IMG/VR virus record: IMGVR_UViG_651703101_000001
Span: 64,001-128,000 of that record
Reading direction: 5' to 3' (one strand)
DNA length: 64,000 nt
Origin: a virus
Lineage: Duplodnaviria; Caudoviricetes
Positions 18,967-27,500 of the stretch are shown one piece after another. Numbering within the stretch: the stretch's first letter is position 1; every line of letters begins with the position of its first letter. The notes beneath the pieces were generated by a model. It made no database searches, was not told where the DNA came from, and saw only the letters and a program-made list of their open reading frames with translations. The position numbers and the translations under genes are program-made.

Positions 18967-19861
18967 TTAACTATTTCTAGCTGCATGATACACATTGTTC
19001 AATTGTTTTGATCTCTTTGTTTGTGCTTTCTGTCTGGGAGATCCGGGTTCTGATTTTTGTAAATCATCACTCTTTTTTAGAGCCTTCATTGCGGGAGATA
19101 GTCTACCCATACTGTCATTTGATCTTCCATGTGCGGGTGGTGTTTTGAACGGAGATACAAACTTTTCCAAGATACTTTCAATCCACTCATCGGACATGTG
19201 TTCAATAAAGACTTCTGCAGACACTTCGTTGTTGACAAAACCTTCATCAATTAGATAAGAAACAACATCAGAGTAATCATAGCTATCATGAATACCTTGA
19301 CCATCTTTTCTCATTAGACGATTTGAAAAATTATTATTTTTTCTTTCTCTTGTTGTGCGTATTTTCCTCTAGAAACTTGAGGTTTTCTTTTGCCAGATAA
19401 TGTATCATCAATTCTATTTGCCTTCGTATGATATCTAATAGATTTGGCACCATCTTTAGTGCTATTAGATTTTACTCTATGAGCAAACATTTGCCCCTTC
19501 ATTTTACCAACAGGAAGTTGCTTATAACCCTCAATGATACTTTCAATCCACTCGTCGGACATGTGTTCAATAAAGACTTCTGCAGACACTTCATCGTCAA
19601 CAAAACCTTCATCCATTAGATAGGAGATAACTTCTTCTTTAACTGTCTTATTTTTTTCTTTGGGTGATCTTTGAGAAATTTCTGAGCATTATCTGCCTTC
19701 TTTCGTTTTTGATATGGAAGTTCACCCGCCTTAGCCTTTCTTAGATGTTCGTCGCGAACTTCATCTTTTCTTTGACGATACTCATCGTAATCTGGTTGTG
19801 GTTTATAACCTTCGTAAACTTCTAGGTATGATTCTTGAAGACTGTACAGAAAATTACTCAT
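18967..19861 (-). CDS. Repeat-containing putative internal head protein (three ORFs joined by two A-run frameshifts)
   Basis: Late promoter at 19885-19892; MSNFLYSLQESYLEVYE start; duplicated SYLxDEGFVxxEVSAEVFIEHMSDEWIESI. Confidence 0.7.
19171..19622. repeat. ~87-nt near-identical direct repeat (19171-19257 and 19536-19622)
   Basis: gatactttcaatccactc...ttagata present twice. Confidence 0.9.
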
Positions 19862-19892
19862 TTTAATATAGTTTATTGTTCTTCTATTTATA

Positions 19893-19920
19893 AGAAAGGG
19901 AGCGTTATTAGCGCTCCCGA
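19893..19920 (-). terminator. psbA terminator
   Basis: GGGAGCG-CTAATAA-CGCTCCC-TTTCTT immediately after the psbA stop. Confidence 0.8.
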
Positions 19921-19923
19921 AAA

Positions 19924-21015
19924 TCAACCGATGGTAGGTGCAGTTAGTGCTACAGGAGTAACAGAAACTGACGCAAGATCCAACGGGAAGTTATGTGCGT
20001 TACGTTCGTGCATCACTTCCATACCAAGCCCGGCACGATTAAGTACATCGGCCCAGGTATTGACAACACGGTTTTGGCTATCGACAAGACTCTGATTGAA
20101 GTTAAATCCATTCAGATTAAATGCCATGGTGCTAACACCCAGAGCAGCAAACCAAATGCCAACCACTGGCCAAGCAGCCAAGAAAAAGTGGAGAGAACGA
20201 CTATTGTTGAAGGAAGCATACTGGAAGATAAGACGACCGAAGTAGCCGTGAGCAGCAACAATATTATAAGTTTCCTCTTCTTGACCGAACTTGTAACCAT
20301 AGTTTTGTGAGACATTTTCTGTAGTTTCTCGGATTAGAGAAGAAGTGACAAGTGAACCATGCATTGCAGAGAATAGAGCTCCACCGAATACACCAGCAAC
20401 TCCCAACATGTGAAAGGGATGCATAAGGATGTTATGTTCCGCCTGGAAGACAAGCATGTAGTTGAACGTTCCTGAGATACCAAGTGGCATGCCATCAGAG
20501 AAAGAACCTTGCCCGAAAGGATACACAAGGAATACAGCAGATGCCGCTGCAACTGGAGCAGAGTAAGCAACACAGATCCATGGACGCATACCGAGACGAT
20601 ATGAAAGTTCCCATTCACGACCCATGTAAGCAAATGCACCAATCAGGAAGTGAAAGACAACAAGTTGATAAGGTCCACCATTATATAGCCATTCGTCCAT
20701 ACTTGCTGCTTCCCAAATAGGATAGAAATGTAGACCAATAGCATTAGAGGATGGAACTACGGCACCAGAAATGATGTTGTTTCCGTACATGAGAGAACCA
20801 GCGACTGGCTCACGGATACCGTCAATATCAACTGGGGGTGCACCAACGAATGCAATGATGAAACAGACAGTGGCAGCAAGTAGAGTTGGAATCATAAGAG
20901 TTCCAAACCAACCAACATAGATACGGTTGTTAGTGGAGGTGACCCAATCACAGAAGTTCTGCCAAACTTCCGAAAGGGGATTTCTACGATTTAGTGTAGA
21001 TGAAATGTAAGACAT
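19924..21015 (-). CDS. psbA: Photosystem II D1 protein (E130, high-light type), no intron
   Basis: Full D1 sequence NRIYVGWFG...[13 protein letters not shown]...[13 protein letters not shown] plus C-terminal extension. Confidence 0.99.
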   Translation of the reverse strand: MSYISSTLNRRNPLSEVWQNFCDWVTSTNNRIYVGWFGTLMIPTLLAATVCFIIAFVGAPPVDIDGIREPVAGSLMYGNNIISGAVVPSSNAIGLHFYPIWEAASMDEWLYNGGPYQLVVFHFLIGAFAYMGREWELSYRLGMRPWICVAYSAPVAAASAVFLVYPFGQGSFSDGMPLGISGTFNYMLVFQAEHNILMHPFHMLGVAGVFGGALFSAMHGSLVTSSLIRETTENVSQNYGYKFGQEEETYNIVAAHGYFGRLIFQYASFNNSRSLHFFLAAWPVVGIWFAALGVSTMAFNLNGFNFNQSLVDSQNRVVNTWADVLNRAGLGMEVMHERNAHNFPLDLASVSVTPVALTAPTIG

Positions 21016-21039
21016 TTGGTTTCCATAAGAGAAGAGTGT

Positions 21040-21100
21040 GTAAGTATGATAAGACAAAGCCCAGCTAAGCCGGTAGAGGTCTTGGTGCCGGGGGCTTGTG
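21040..21100 (-). ncRNA. Structured psbA leader (PhotoRC-II-like)
   Basis: AAGCCC/GGGCTT and CCGG/CCGG stems; loop AAGAC complementary to downstream GTCTT; CTAAATA late-like promoter at 21103-21109. Confidence 0.6.
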
Positions 21101-21105
21101 TATAT

Positions 21106-21843
21106 TTAGTTACAAAACTTCATGGATTCATCCCATCCTGATATCTGAAACCACCGAGCTTGTATACATTCAAGGTACTTCTCACCGGTCATTGTCCCCC
21201 ATGGATAGAAACCAGTTCCCCACATATCGTTGACCTCAATCAGTATAGTTTTTTCGTCAGAGATACCAAGGTCCAGAGTATAGGAAATCGGTGCGTTGTT
21301 CTTGTAATCTTTAATCATATCAGACACAACACTGAAGTCTGGTTGAATATCATCACCTTCATTGTCGTCATATCTAGACCATCCAACTAACTCACCATTG
21401 AGAATATAAAGTCTCCATTCTTGATTGATAGAAATCGGTTCGGATATCCATACCATTTCTATTGTCAAGTCTCGTGTCTTCTCTACCTCAGACTTGACAT
21501 CACATGTGAATTCTTTAGTACCTCTTGGTTTAATATAGTCGGTGGGTTTTGCATTGAATGCATAATCTAATCTTACTTTTCTTCCTAGGTACTTCTCCAA
21601 CTGATAAGGATAGTCAATTGGTTCCGGTACTGGAATGTTCATATGACTCATGTAGTTTCCGATGAACTTCACGGATCCAATAGGAACAAACTGTCTAGAC
21701 AGTTTGATAACATTATCACTTATGAAATCTGGATGAATCTTTAGAATGTCAGTTCTGGGATTCTTGACACTTTGTTCCGCGATCCACTTTTCATAAGTGA
21801 GAACATCACCGATTTCAAATAGGAACTTCTTATCATTTATCAT
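21106..21843 (-). CDS. ATP-grasp domain protein (R2K-like)
   Basis: PIGSVKF, PIDYP, YIKP..KEFT, SEPI..EWRLYI..G, YTLDLG, LIEVND. Confidence 0.8.
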   Translation of the reverse strand: MINDKKFLFEIGDVLTYEKWIAEQSVKNPRTDILKIHPDFISDNVIKLSRQFVPIGSVKFIGNYMSHMNIPVPEPIDYPYQLEKYLGRKVRLDYAFNAKPTDYIKPRGTKEFTCDVKSEVEKTRDLTIEMVWISEPISINQEWRLYILNGELVGWSRYDDNEGDDIQPDFSVVSDMIKDYKNNAPISYTLDLGISDEKTILIEVNDMWGTGFYPWGTMTGEKYLECIQARWFQISGWDESMKFCN

Positions 21844-22211
21844 ATTTCCTCCTTATCAAAGGTAACACCGTCAACCAGTTCAGTTATTCTATCAACCCAT
21901 TCTTGAGTCATAGGGACAACACCATTTCTGGTCTTCCAGTCGTCCCATTCTTCTTCTGTCGTAATTTTGTCCAAGTCTTGAACAACAAAACGAAGATACG
22001 ACAATGCTTCATAGTCAATAATATCATCTTCCAGTGAATCCCAGAAGTCGAGTCTTACTGCCTGTTCTTTATCTTCTTGGGTGTAGTGTGGGAAACAGTC
22101 ATAGTTTTCATAGTTACTGGTCATCCAGTCTTTCCAAGCAGCCAGGGCCCACCCTACATTCTTCCAACCCTGAATAAGACAGTCGTGTAGATAATAATCA
22201 AATTTGTTCAT
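21840..22211 (-). CDS. Hypothetical protein
   Basis: Trp-rich ORF in operon. Confidence 0.6.
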   Translation of the reverse strand: MNKFDYYLHDCLIQGWKNVGWALAAWKDWMTSNYENYDCFPHYTQEDKEQAVRLDFWDSLEDDIIDYEALSYLRFVVQDLDKITTEEEWDDWKTRNGVVPMTQEWVDRITELVDGVTFDKEEI

Positions 22212-22446
22212 GGAATTCTTCAATGTTTTTAATGTTTCCAGATTGAACAGCAAGTGTTCCTTTCTCCACTAATTGCCACACGGCACGTGTAAGTTCGTGC
22301 ATATAATAACTGCGGCCGAGAAGATGAATGTCTGCAAGTGTGGTCGGATGGTCTTTGTCTCTGGTGGCCAAATAGACAAAGAGTTGAACATCATCATGTG
22401 ATGGTCTAGTCAGTTCAATCATAACAGTTTCCGTAGATTCCATCAA
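22198..22446 (-). CDS. Hypothetical protein (winged-helix-like)
   Basis: TRAVWQLVEKGTL pattern. Confidence 0.5.
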   Translation of the reverse strand: MMESTETVMIELTRPSHDDVQLFVYLATRDKDHPTTLADIHLLGRSYYMHELTRAVWQLVEKGTLAVQSGNIKNIEEFHEQI

Positions 22447-22633
22447 GTAGATTGGGGTCGTCTAGTTCATTACAGAGTTCTTCGATTTCTTCGATGAAGT
22501 CAAAGACTGCCGCGGGCTCATCGCCATTCAGAGTTTCCGCAATTGCCTGACGAATAGTACGTGCAAGTCTAGGTGCATTACCACCTTCGCCTTCAAAGAA
22601 GGCAAGATATACACGTTCAGCTCTCTTGGACAT
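22415..22633 (-). CDS. Hypothetical protein
   Basis: ORF in tightly packed operon. Confidence 0.55.
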   Translation of the reverse strand: MSKRAERVYLAFFEGEGGNAPRLARTIRQAIAETLNGDEPAAVFDFIEEIEELCNELDDPNLLDGIYGNCYD

Positions 22634-22777
22634 TGTTCAATACCTCGTTTGCTTTGTCTCTTAGAAGTTGTAGGAAGTCATCTTCCGTGTAATCGTTCAA
22701 CATAGATTCTACTGGATCACTTTCGTCCCATGAGATTTCTATTCTATGTTCCTCATCGAAGAATTCAACTTGAATAG

Positions 22778-22993
22778 TCATAGGTCATGATAAAATGTTC
22801 TAGTTTCATGGGCGATATATCTGTAATAATCATTCATGAGTTCTTTTTTTGAACTATATGGTGGCCATTCTGGCCACACATTTTGCCAACCCCACCATCT
22901 TTTTCTTTGTAGTCTGTAATAACTTTTTGGATTTAGATTTGGATCGTCGTAATTGATGTCAAAAGATTCTTCTATTCTATATTGTTTATGCAT
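22778..22993 (-). CDS. Hypothetical protein
   Basis: YRI..YRLQRKRWWGW pattern. Confidence 0.55.
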   Translation of the reverse strand: MHKQYRIEESFDINYDDPNLNPKSYYRLQRKRWWGWQNVWPEWPPYSSKKELMNDYYRYIAHETRTFYHDL

Positions 22994-23222
22994 TTTCCAT
23001 ATACTCTTCTAGATTTTCTTTGGCCAGAGTGATGAGTGTCTGTTTATCATCAAGATAAGACAGAAGATCTTCAACAGTTTCACCATACATATCACATAGT
23101 TTGACAAACTTTTCTGTACTAATATTGTGGTATGAGCTCAACCAAATATCCATTGCATGGAGAATTTGATATTTTTCTAAGTGAAATTTAATATTGTCAA
23201 TATCAGTTTGATATGAACTCAT
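22986..23222 (-). CDS. Hypothetical protein
   Basis: ATGA-coupled to nusG. Confidence 0.55.
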   Translation of the reverse strand: MSSYQTDIDNIKFHLEKYQILHAMDIWLSSYHNISTEKFVKLCDMYGETVEDLLSYLDDKQTLITLAKENLEEYMENA

Positions 23223-23800
23223 TTCAATAATTGCTCTTTACTAAATTCAACTGTCGTGATTCTACCAAACATATCAACTTCGGCAGTTACTTTGTCACCA
23301 CGAATAGAATCTACGATAATATTTTTACCCTCAAATGGTCCATTAATTACAGTAAGTTTGTCTCCTACTTTGTAATCAGCCAACAGATTAGTTTTGGTTT
23401 CTTTGTATGCATCATCCACTTGTGAGAAGATTGTACGAACTTCAGATGCCGGCATAACTCTGGGTTTCTTTTTATCTGGTCCAGCAAATCCTAACACATT
23501 GAATGTAGATCGAATAATGTCATGACTAGAGGCCGGAAAAACTTCTACGAATACTCCCTCTTCTTCGGTCTCGATTTTTTCTTTTTTCACTTGCACTAGA
23601 ATATAACCAGGAAGGATGTTAGTCTTTGTAGACTTTTTCTTTCCTTTATCATCAACTGTGACAACCGTATGTTGAGGGACTTCAACATCTTGAATAAAGA
23701 TGTCACCTAGAACACTCTTTCTCGCCTTGAGATCCGCCATGGCTTTCTTTTCACATCCTGCTGCAACTTGCACACAGTACCAGTCTTTATAGTTCATCAT
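23219..23800 (-). CDS. nusG: Transcription elongation factor NusG
   Basis: WYCVQVAAGCEKK, ILPGYILV, VLGFAG, KOW domain GDKLTVINGPFEG..VDMFGRITTVE. Confidence 0.92.
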   Translation of the reverse strand: MMNYKDWYCVQVAAGCEKKAMADLKARKSVLGDIFIQDVEVPQHTVVTVDDKGKKKSTKTNILPGYILVQVKKEKIETEEEGVFVEVFPASSHDIIRSTFNVLGFAGPDKKKPRVMPASEVRTIFSQVDDAYKETKTNLLADYKVGDKLTVINGPFEGKNIIVDSIRGDKVTAEVDMFGRITTVEFSKEQLLK

Positions 23801-24000
23801 ACGTTTGTTAGTAGATCGTCTCCTAGAAGATTAAGAATGATTTGATAATCTGTGTCAGCGTCACCAGTCATAATCAATCCTTGATTCTTATAGAATTTGC
23901 AAATTTTCTTGTAGAGTTGCTTGTTAGAACGAAGGTCTAGAGTTCCTTCGTATGCCTGTTGAATTGTTGGAATATCCTTTACGAATTTGTTGATAGTCAT
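23797..24000 (-). CDS. Conserved cyanophage hypothetical protein
   Basis: LYKKICKFYKNQG..TGD..DY motif. Confidence 0.65.
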   Translation of the reverse strand: MTINKFVKDIPTIQQAYEGTLDLRSNKQLYKKICKFYKNQGLIMTGDADTDYQIILNLLGDDLLTNV

Positions 24001-24082
24001 TGACTTGCAGACTTAATTACACATACCAGAAATAGAAAACCGACCAAGGCTGGCCAGTAGAAATGAATGAGTTGATCAGATG

Positions 24083-24316
24083 TCATTTAAGATAATGGTC
24101 CTCATATTTGAAAGGAAGTTCACCTTCGATAAGGAACATTACTGAGTTGAAAGATCCGGGTATACCTTCAAGTTTGAGTGAGGTAGACCAATTATTGACT
24201 CTACCACCGACAACTTTATAGCGTTGCCCTACGATTAGTTCTTCGTTAGCTTGTTCATTTTGAAATGGGTATCCATTCTTTCCTGTGAATGTTGCCCAAC
24301 AATTTGTTTCAGTCAT
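24083..24316 (-). CDS. Hypothetical protein
   Basis: LIVGQRYKV..FNSVMF; ATG at 24316 after the tmRNA terminator. Confidence 0.6.
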   Translation of the reverse strand: MTETNCWATFTGKNGYPFQNEQANEELIVGQRYKVVGGRVNNWSTSLKLEGIPGSFNSVMFLIEGELPFKYEDHYLK

Positions 24317-24329
24317 TGTTTTGTTATTT

Positions 24330-24541
24330 AAAAGGGGCCCGAAGACCCCATCGCTCAAAGTGCGGCAACCAGGGAGGTTACGGCAGTTCTGCGGAATTTA
24401 ACTACGTTGTTTGCAGTTGTTGTTTCGATCCGTCAACAATTATACACATATAGTTCAGTCGAAACCTTGGCATCCCCAAGAAGTGGAGATGTGGGGAGTC
24501 GAACCCCAGTCCTAAACAATAGAGGTGATAATCTCTTGATC
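24330..24541 (-). ncRNA. ssrA: Circularly permuted (two-piece) tmRNA
   Basis: Acceptor piece ...GACTGGGGTTCGACTCCCCACATCTCCA (ends 24484) precedes the coding piece GGGGATGCCAAGGTTTCGAC (starts 24477); G3-U70 pair; tag ANNVVKFRRTAVTSLVAAL at 24414-24355; terminator hairpin at 24330-24350. Confidence 0.92.
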
Positions 24542-24543
24542 AA

Positions 24544-24617
24544 TACCGGTGACAAGACTCGAACTTGCACTGGGCTGGGCTTAAATCAGCTGCCTCCTAC
24601 CATTGGGCTACACCGGC
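24544..24617 (-). tRNA. tRNA-Leu(TAA), short variable arm
   Basis: GCCGGTG/CACCGGT acceptor stem, loop TTTAAGC, GTTCGAGTC T-loop; no encoded CCA. Confidence 0.88.
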
Positions 24618-24642
24618 ATGTTATCCTTATTTATTAAGGATA

Positions 24643-24715
24643 TGCTCGTTGAGGGGATCGAACCCACCTGAGGCGAATTATGAGTTCGCTGCTTTCACCA
24701 GATAGCTAAACGAGC
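24643..24715 (-). tRNA. tRNA with CAT anticodon (elongator Met or Ile2)
   Basis: GCTCGTT/AACGAGC stem, GCGAA-CTCATAA-TTCGC arm, GTTCGATCC. Confidence 0.9.
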
Positions 24716-24738
24716 AGGTCGTTTCCCCGACCTCTAAA

Positions 24739-24999
24739 TCATAACACGTCCAGGTCCTGGTTGGCTGGCCCTGGTGCCACTGACCCAACTGGCACATTGA
24801 ATGTATCTTTATCAACGTTGATGGTCGATGGTCCAAGTAGATTCTGTTCAATTGCCCAGTTTGCTGCTTGCTTTTGACTGTAGTATAGATCTAACAACTC
24901 TAGGGCTGCCTTTCTGACATTTTCAATATTCTGAGCCTCTTTGATTTCTCTTGCAAGTTTTTCTTTTTCAAAGAGTTGATTGATGGGTAGATCTCTCAT
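24739..24999 (-). CDS. Hypothetical protein (weak NblA-like N-terminus)
   Basis: LPINQLFEKEKLAREIK...LLDLYYSQK helical pattern. Confidence 0.55.
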   Translation of the reverse strand: MRDLPINQLFEKEKLAREIKEAQNIENVRKAALELLDLYYSQKQAANWAIEQNLLGPSTINVDKDTFNVPVGSVAPGPANQDLDVL

Positions 25000-25048
25000 T
25001 TTAATTTATAAATGTGAAAGGGAGGTTTCCCTCCCGTGAATAGTTTAC

Positions 25049-25426
25049 TCAAACCTCAGAATAACACACCGGAGCGTGTCCTGATCTAATCATACCGATA
25101 CGAGCTGCAGCTTCTCTAGAAAGGTCTAGAGCTCTACCTCCAATGAATGGACCACGATCATTGATTCTTACAATGATAGATTTTCCATTGTGTCTGTTGG
25201 TGACTCTTACACGAGTACCAAACGGAAGATGTTTGTGAGCAGCAGTGAGAGAGTCTTGGTGAAATACCTCTCCATTTGCTGTTCGTCTACCATGAAATCC
25301 TGGGCCATACCAAGAGGCAGATGAACACTTCTCTTTAACCGTATGAACTGGTTTTGGTTGTTCTACCTTTGGACTAACACCAAAGACACCAAAAAGAGAT
25401 GAGGTTAGAAGTAAATTGGTTAGCAT
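25049..25426 (-). CDS. rlpA: RlpA-like double-psi beta-barrel (lytic transglycosylase)
   Basis: [40 protein letters not shown]. Confidence 0.93.
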   Translation of the reverse strand: MLTNLLLTSSLFGVFGVSPKVEQPKPVHTVKEKCSSASWYGPGFHGRRTANGEVFHQDSLTAAHKHLPFGTRVRVTNRHNGKSIIVRINDRGPFIGGRALDLSREAAARIGMIRSGHAPVCYSEV

Positions 25427-25437
25427 TAAATTTGATT

Positions 25438-25503
25438 GAACTCGACATCCGGCTATTCAAAGCATAGGTTCCCTGTTTGAAAGGGCAGTGACTCCGGCTC
25501 TAT
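25438..25503 (-). ncRNA. Candidate pseudoknotted cis-regulatory leader of rlpA
   Basis: CCCT-TTCAAAC-AGGG hairpin whose loop pairs with downstream TTTGAA; enclosing CCGG/CCGG and GAGC/GTTC. Confidence 0.5.
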
Positions 25504-25537
25504 AGACAAAAAAGGACCAGTTGCCTGATCCTTCATT

Positions 25538-25595
25538 ATCATAACATATTTAGTTGTCCTGTTATCCGGTAGTGTTCCAGTTGTTGAACTGGCAC
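25538..25595 (-). promoter_or_regulatory. Palindrome-type promoter (rlpA)
   Basis: GTTCCAGT-N6-ACTGGCAC at 25574-25595, 30 nt from the TATGAT -10 (TG-extended). Confidence 0.7.
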
Positions 25596-25599
25596 TGAA

Positions 25600-25779
25600 T
25601 CACTTGAGAAGCTTTTCTCTGACTAGAGAAACGACCATATCATCGATATCATTTCCGGTTGTCTTTGCATACTTCTCAAGTAGAACAATAACGAACTCTT
25701 TAACAGCTCTGTCGTTAACAAGCTTCAAAAGAACGCTTTCAGCGAGAGGTAGGAGGAATTTTAGCATAGTTTTATTCAT
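25600..25779 (-). CDS. Small conserved protein in lysis cluster
   Basis: VKEFVIVLLEKYAKTTGNDIDD motif. Confidence 0.65.
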   Translation of the reverse strand: MNKTMLKFLLPLAESVLLKLVNDRAVKEFVIVLLEKYAKTTGNDIDDMVVSLVREKLLK

Positions 25780-25805
25780 ATGGTGGCCAATCTTATTTAG
25801 TAAAT

Positions 25806-26171
25806 TTACTCTTTTACCCATGGAGCTCGAAGTCTCATTTCACCACCCAATGCAGTGGGTCCTTCTTTTACTTCAGTAAAAATAGGTTTATCTACTCCAG
25901 ATTCGGGGAGATTTAGTTCTTCGATTGCAATCGAAACATCGGCCTTCACCTTTGCATCTAAGAGTTCTGGAGTTTTAATTATCTGTGCATTAAGTTCATC
26001 TTCAATCCAAGAAGGAATAGTCACCCACCCAGTTTTTTTAAGTTTAGCAATGAAAGTGAATACCCATTCTTTATCTACATCATACTTCTTACATAGTTTG
26101 AAGAAGATTTCTAGAATGAATACGGCTATTCCTTGTCGAATAGAAGACGAACCAAATAGATTTATCTTCAT
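25806..26171 (-). CDS. Hypothetical protein in lysis cluster
   Basis: ATGA-coupled to the endolysin; LGGEMRLRAPW C-terminus. Confidence 0.65.
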   Translation of the reverse strand: MKINLFGSSSIRQGIAVFILEIFFKLCKKYDVDKEWVFTFIAKLKKTGWVTIPSWIEDELNAQIIKTPELLDAKVKADVSIAIEELNLPESGVDKPIFTEVKEGPTALGGEMRLRAPWVKE

Positions 26172-27477
26172 CTTAGCTCTTGAAATACAGAGACAAATAC
26201 CTTTCCTACCTTTGTAAGTGGAAGCAACTTATCTCTTAGGTCAATGTTATGCATACGGATACAACCATGAGTCGGCAACAGTAATTGTTGCGGGACCCAT
26301 GCGCCCGGCCATCCTGCTCCAGTCCCCCCGCCATGAATCATGATACCAGCACGACCAATTCGACTTTCTTGACCTTCTAGATCTTCTAGATCGAAACTAT
26401 ACCACCCATAGGCACGACGGTCGGAGCTGAATTTGTTAGAGGGATCGATCTCATAATCTTTATAGATCGCACCGATCTTATAGATTCCAGGTGGTGTATC
26501 TGTTCTAGTTTCTCTCCATTCAAAATCGCTTCCTTGGCCTCGGCCGAGGGCAGGAACACTCCATAGACGATTTCCTTTTCCGTCAAAGGCTGTAATATTT
26601 TCTGTGCGATCATTCATCACAAGATGAAAGTCTTTTTCTGTGAATCCTACTTGTGCTGGTGTTTTCTTGGGACCTACCATTCCCGGAATGGTAATCAAAG
26701 TAGAACCAGGAAGACTTGCAGGTGTTTGATCGGTTGAAGGAATTGATGGTTTGGGAGGATTGATGGATAAAAGTGGTCGAATGTCGGATATTTTCTGAAT
26801 CTTTTTGGTTGCAAGCTCACATGCAACTTTTGCAGACTCACCATTCCAAACTAGACCTTCAGCATATCTTCTGCGTGCCAATCCCAACTCTACGTTTGAT
26901 CCTGGATTGCGATATAACATTAGAGCTGAGGGGACATAGTTCCATCTTTTTCTTTTAGAACAGTAGTAATAGTGGAGAATCCATTTGCTGCGTAGAAACC
27001 TTCTCCTAGATTATAGGAGAAACTAATCAGAGCAGCACGTTGTCTATCTGTCATTTCATTCCAATGTGGAATGGTTCTTGCGAGTGTAGGAATGACACGA
27101 TCTACTGTATATTTGATGAATAGAGATTCTGCTCTCTCTTGAGTAATCTTATCTCCCTGTTTTACCGGACTTCCATCCTCATAACGTGTTGTGCCCCACC
27201 CAATAGTCCATGGAACGCCACCACTTAGAGGATCTGGATATGCAGTTAGATTACAACCTTCATAAAACTTTTTGATGTAGATTGCATCTTCTGGAACATT
27301 GTTGTTCTTTTTCGGGCTGAATGCAGCGGCCCATTCTGAATCTTCATTCAGAATTTCTTCTGGTTTATCACCTCTATCAATTTGTTTGTAGAGTGTCCAA
27401 ATACCAGTAGATTGTTGTGGTTCTTTCTTATAAGCATTCCATCGAGCTTGGAATCTTTCGGGGGTCATTTTGGTCAT
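26168..27477 (-). CDS. Endolysin: GH24 lysozyme fused to YkuD L,D-transpeptidase domain (split by a frameshift at ~26947-26951)
   Basis: FYEGCNLTAYPDP..WTIGWG..ALISFSYNLG; one added A gives KEKRWNYVPSALMLYRNPGSNVELGLARRR; then DTPPG..IHGG..THGCIRM. Confidence 0.85.
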
Positions 27478-27500
27478 AATATTACCTATAGAACTTTTCT

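Noticed and set aside
15520-24065. Extra copies of the palindromic operator near 15552 and 24051
   Set aside because: Half-sites only, and they do not fit the 30-nt spacing to a credible -10
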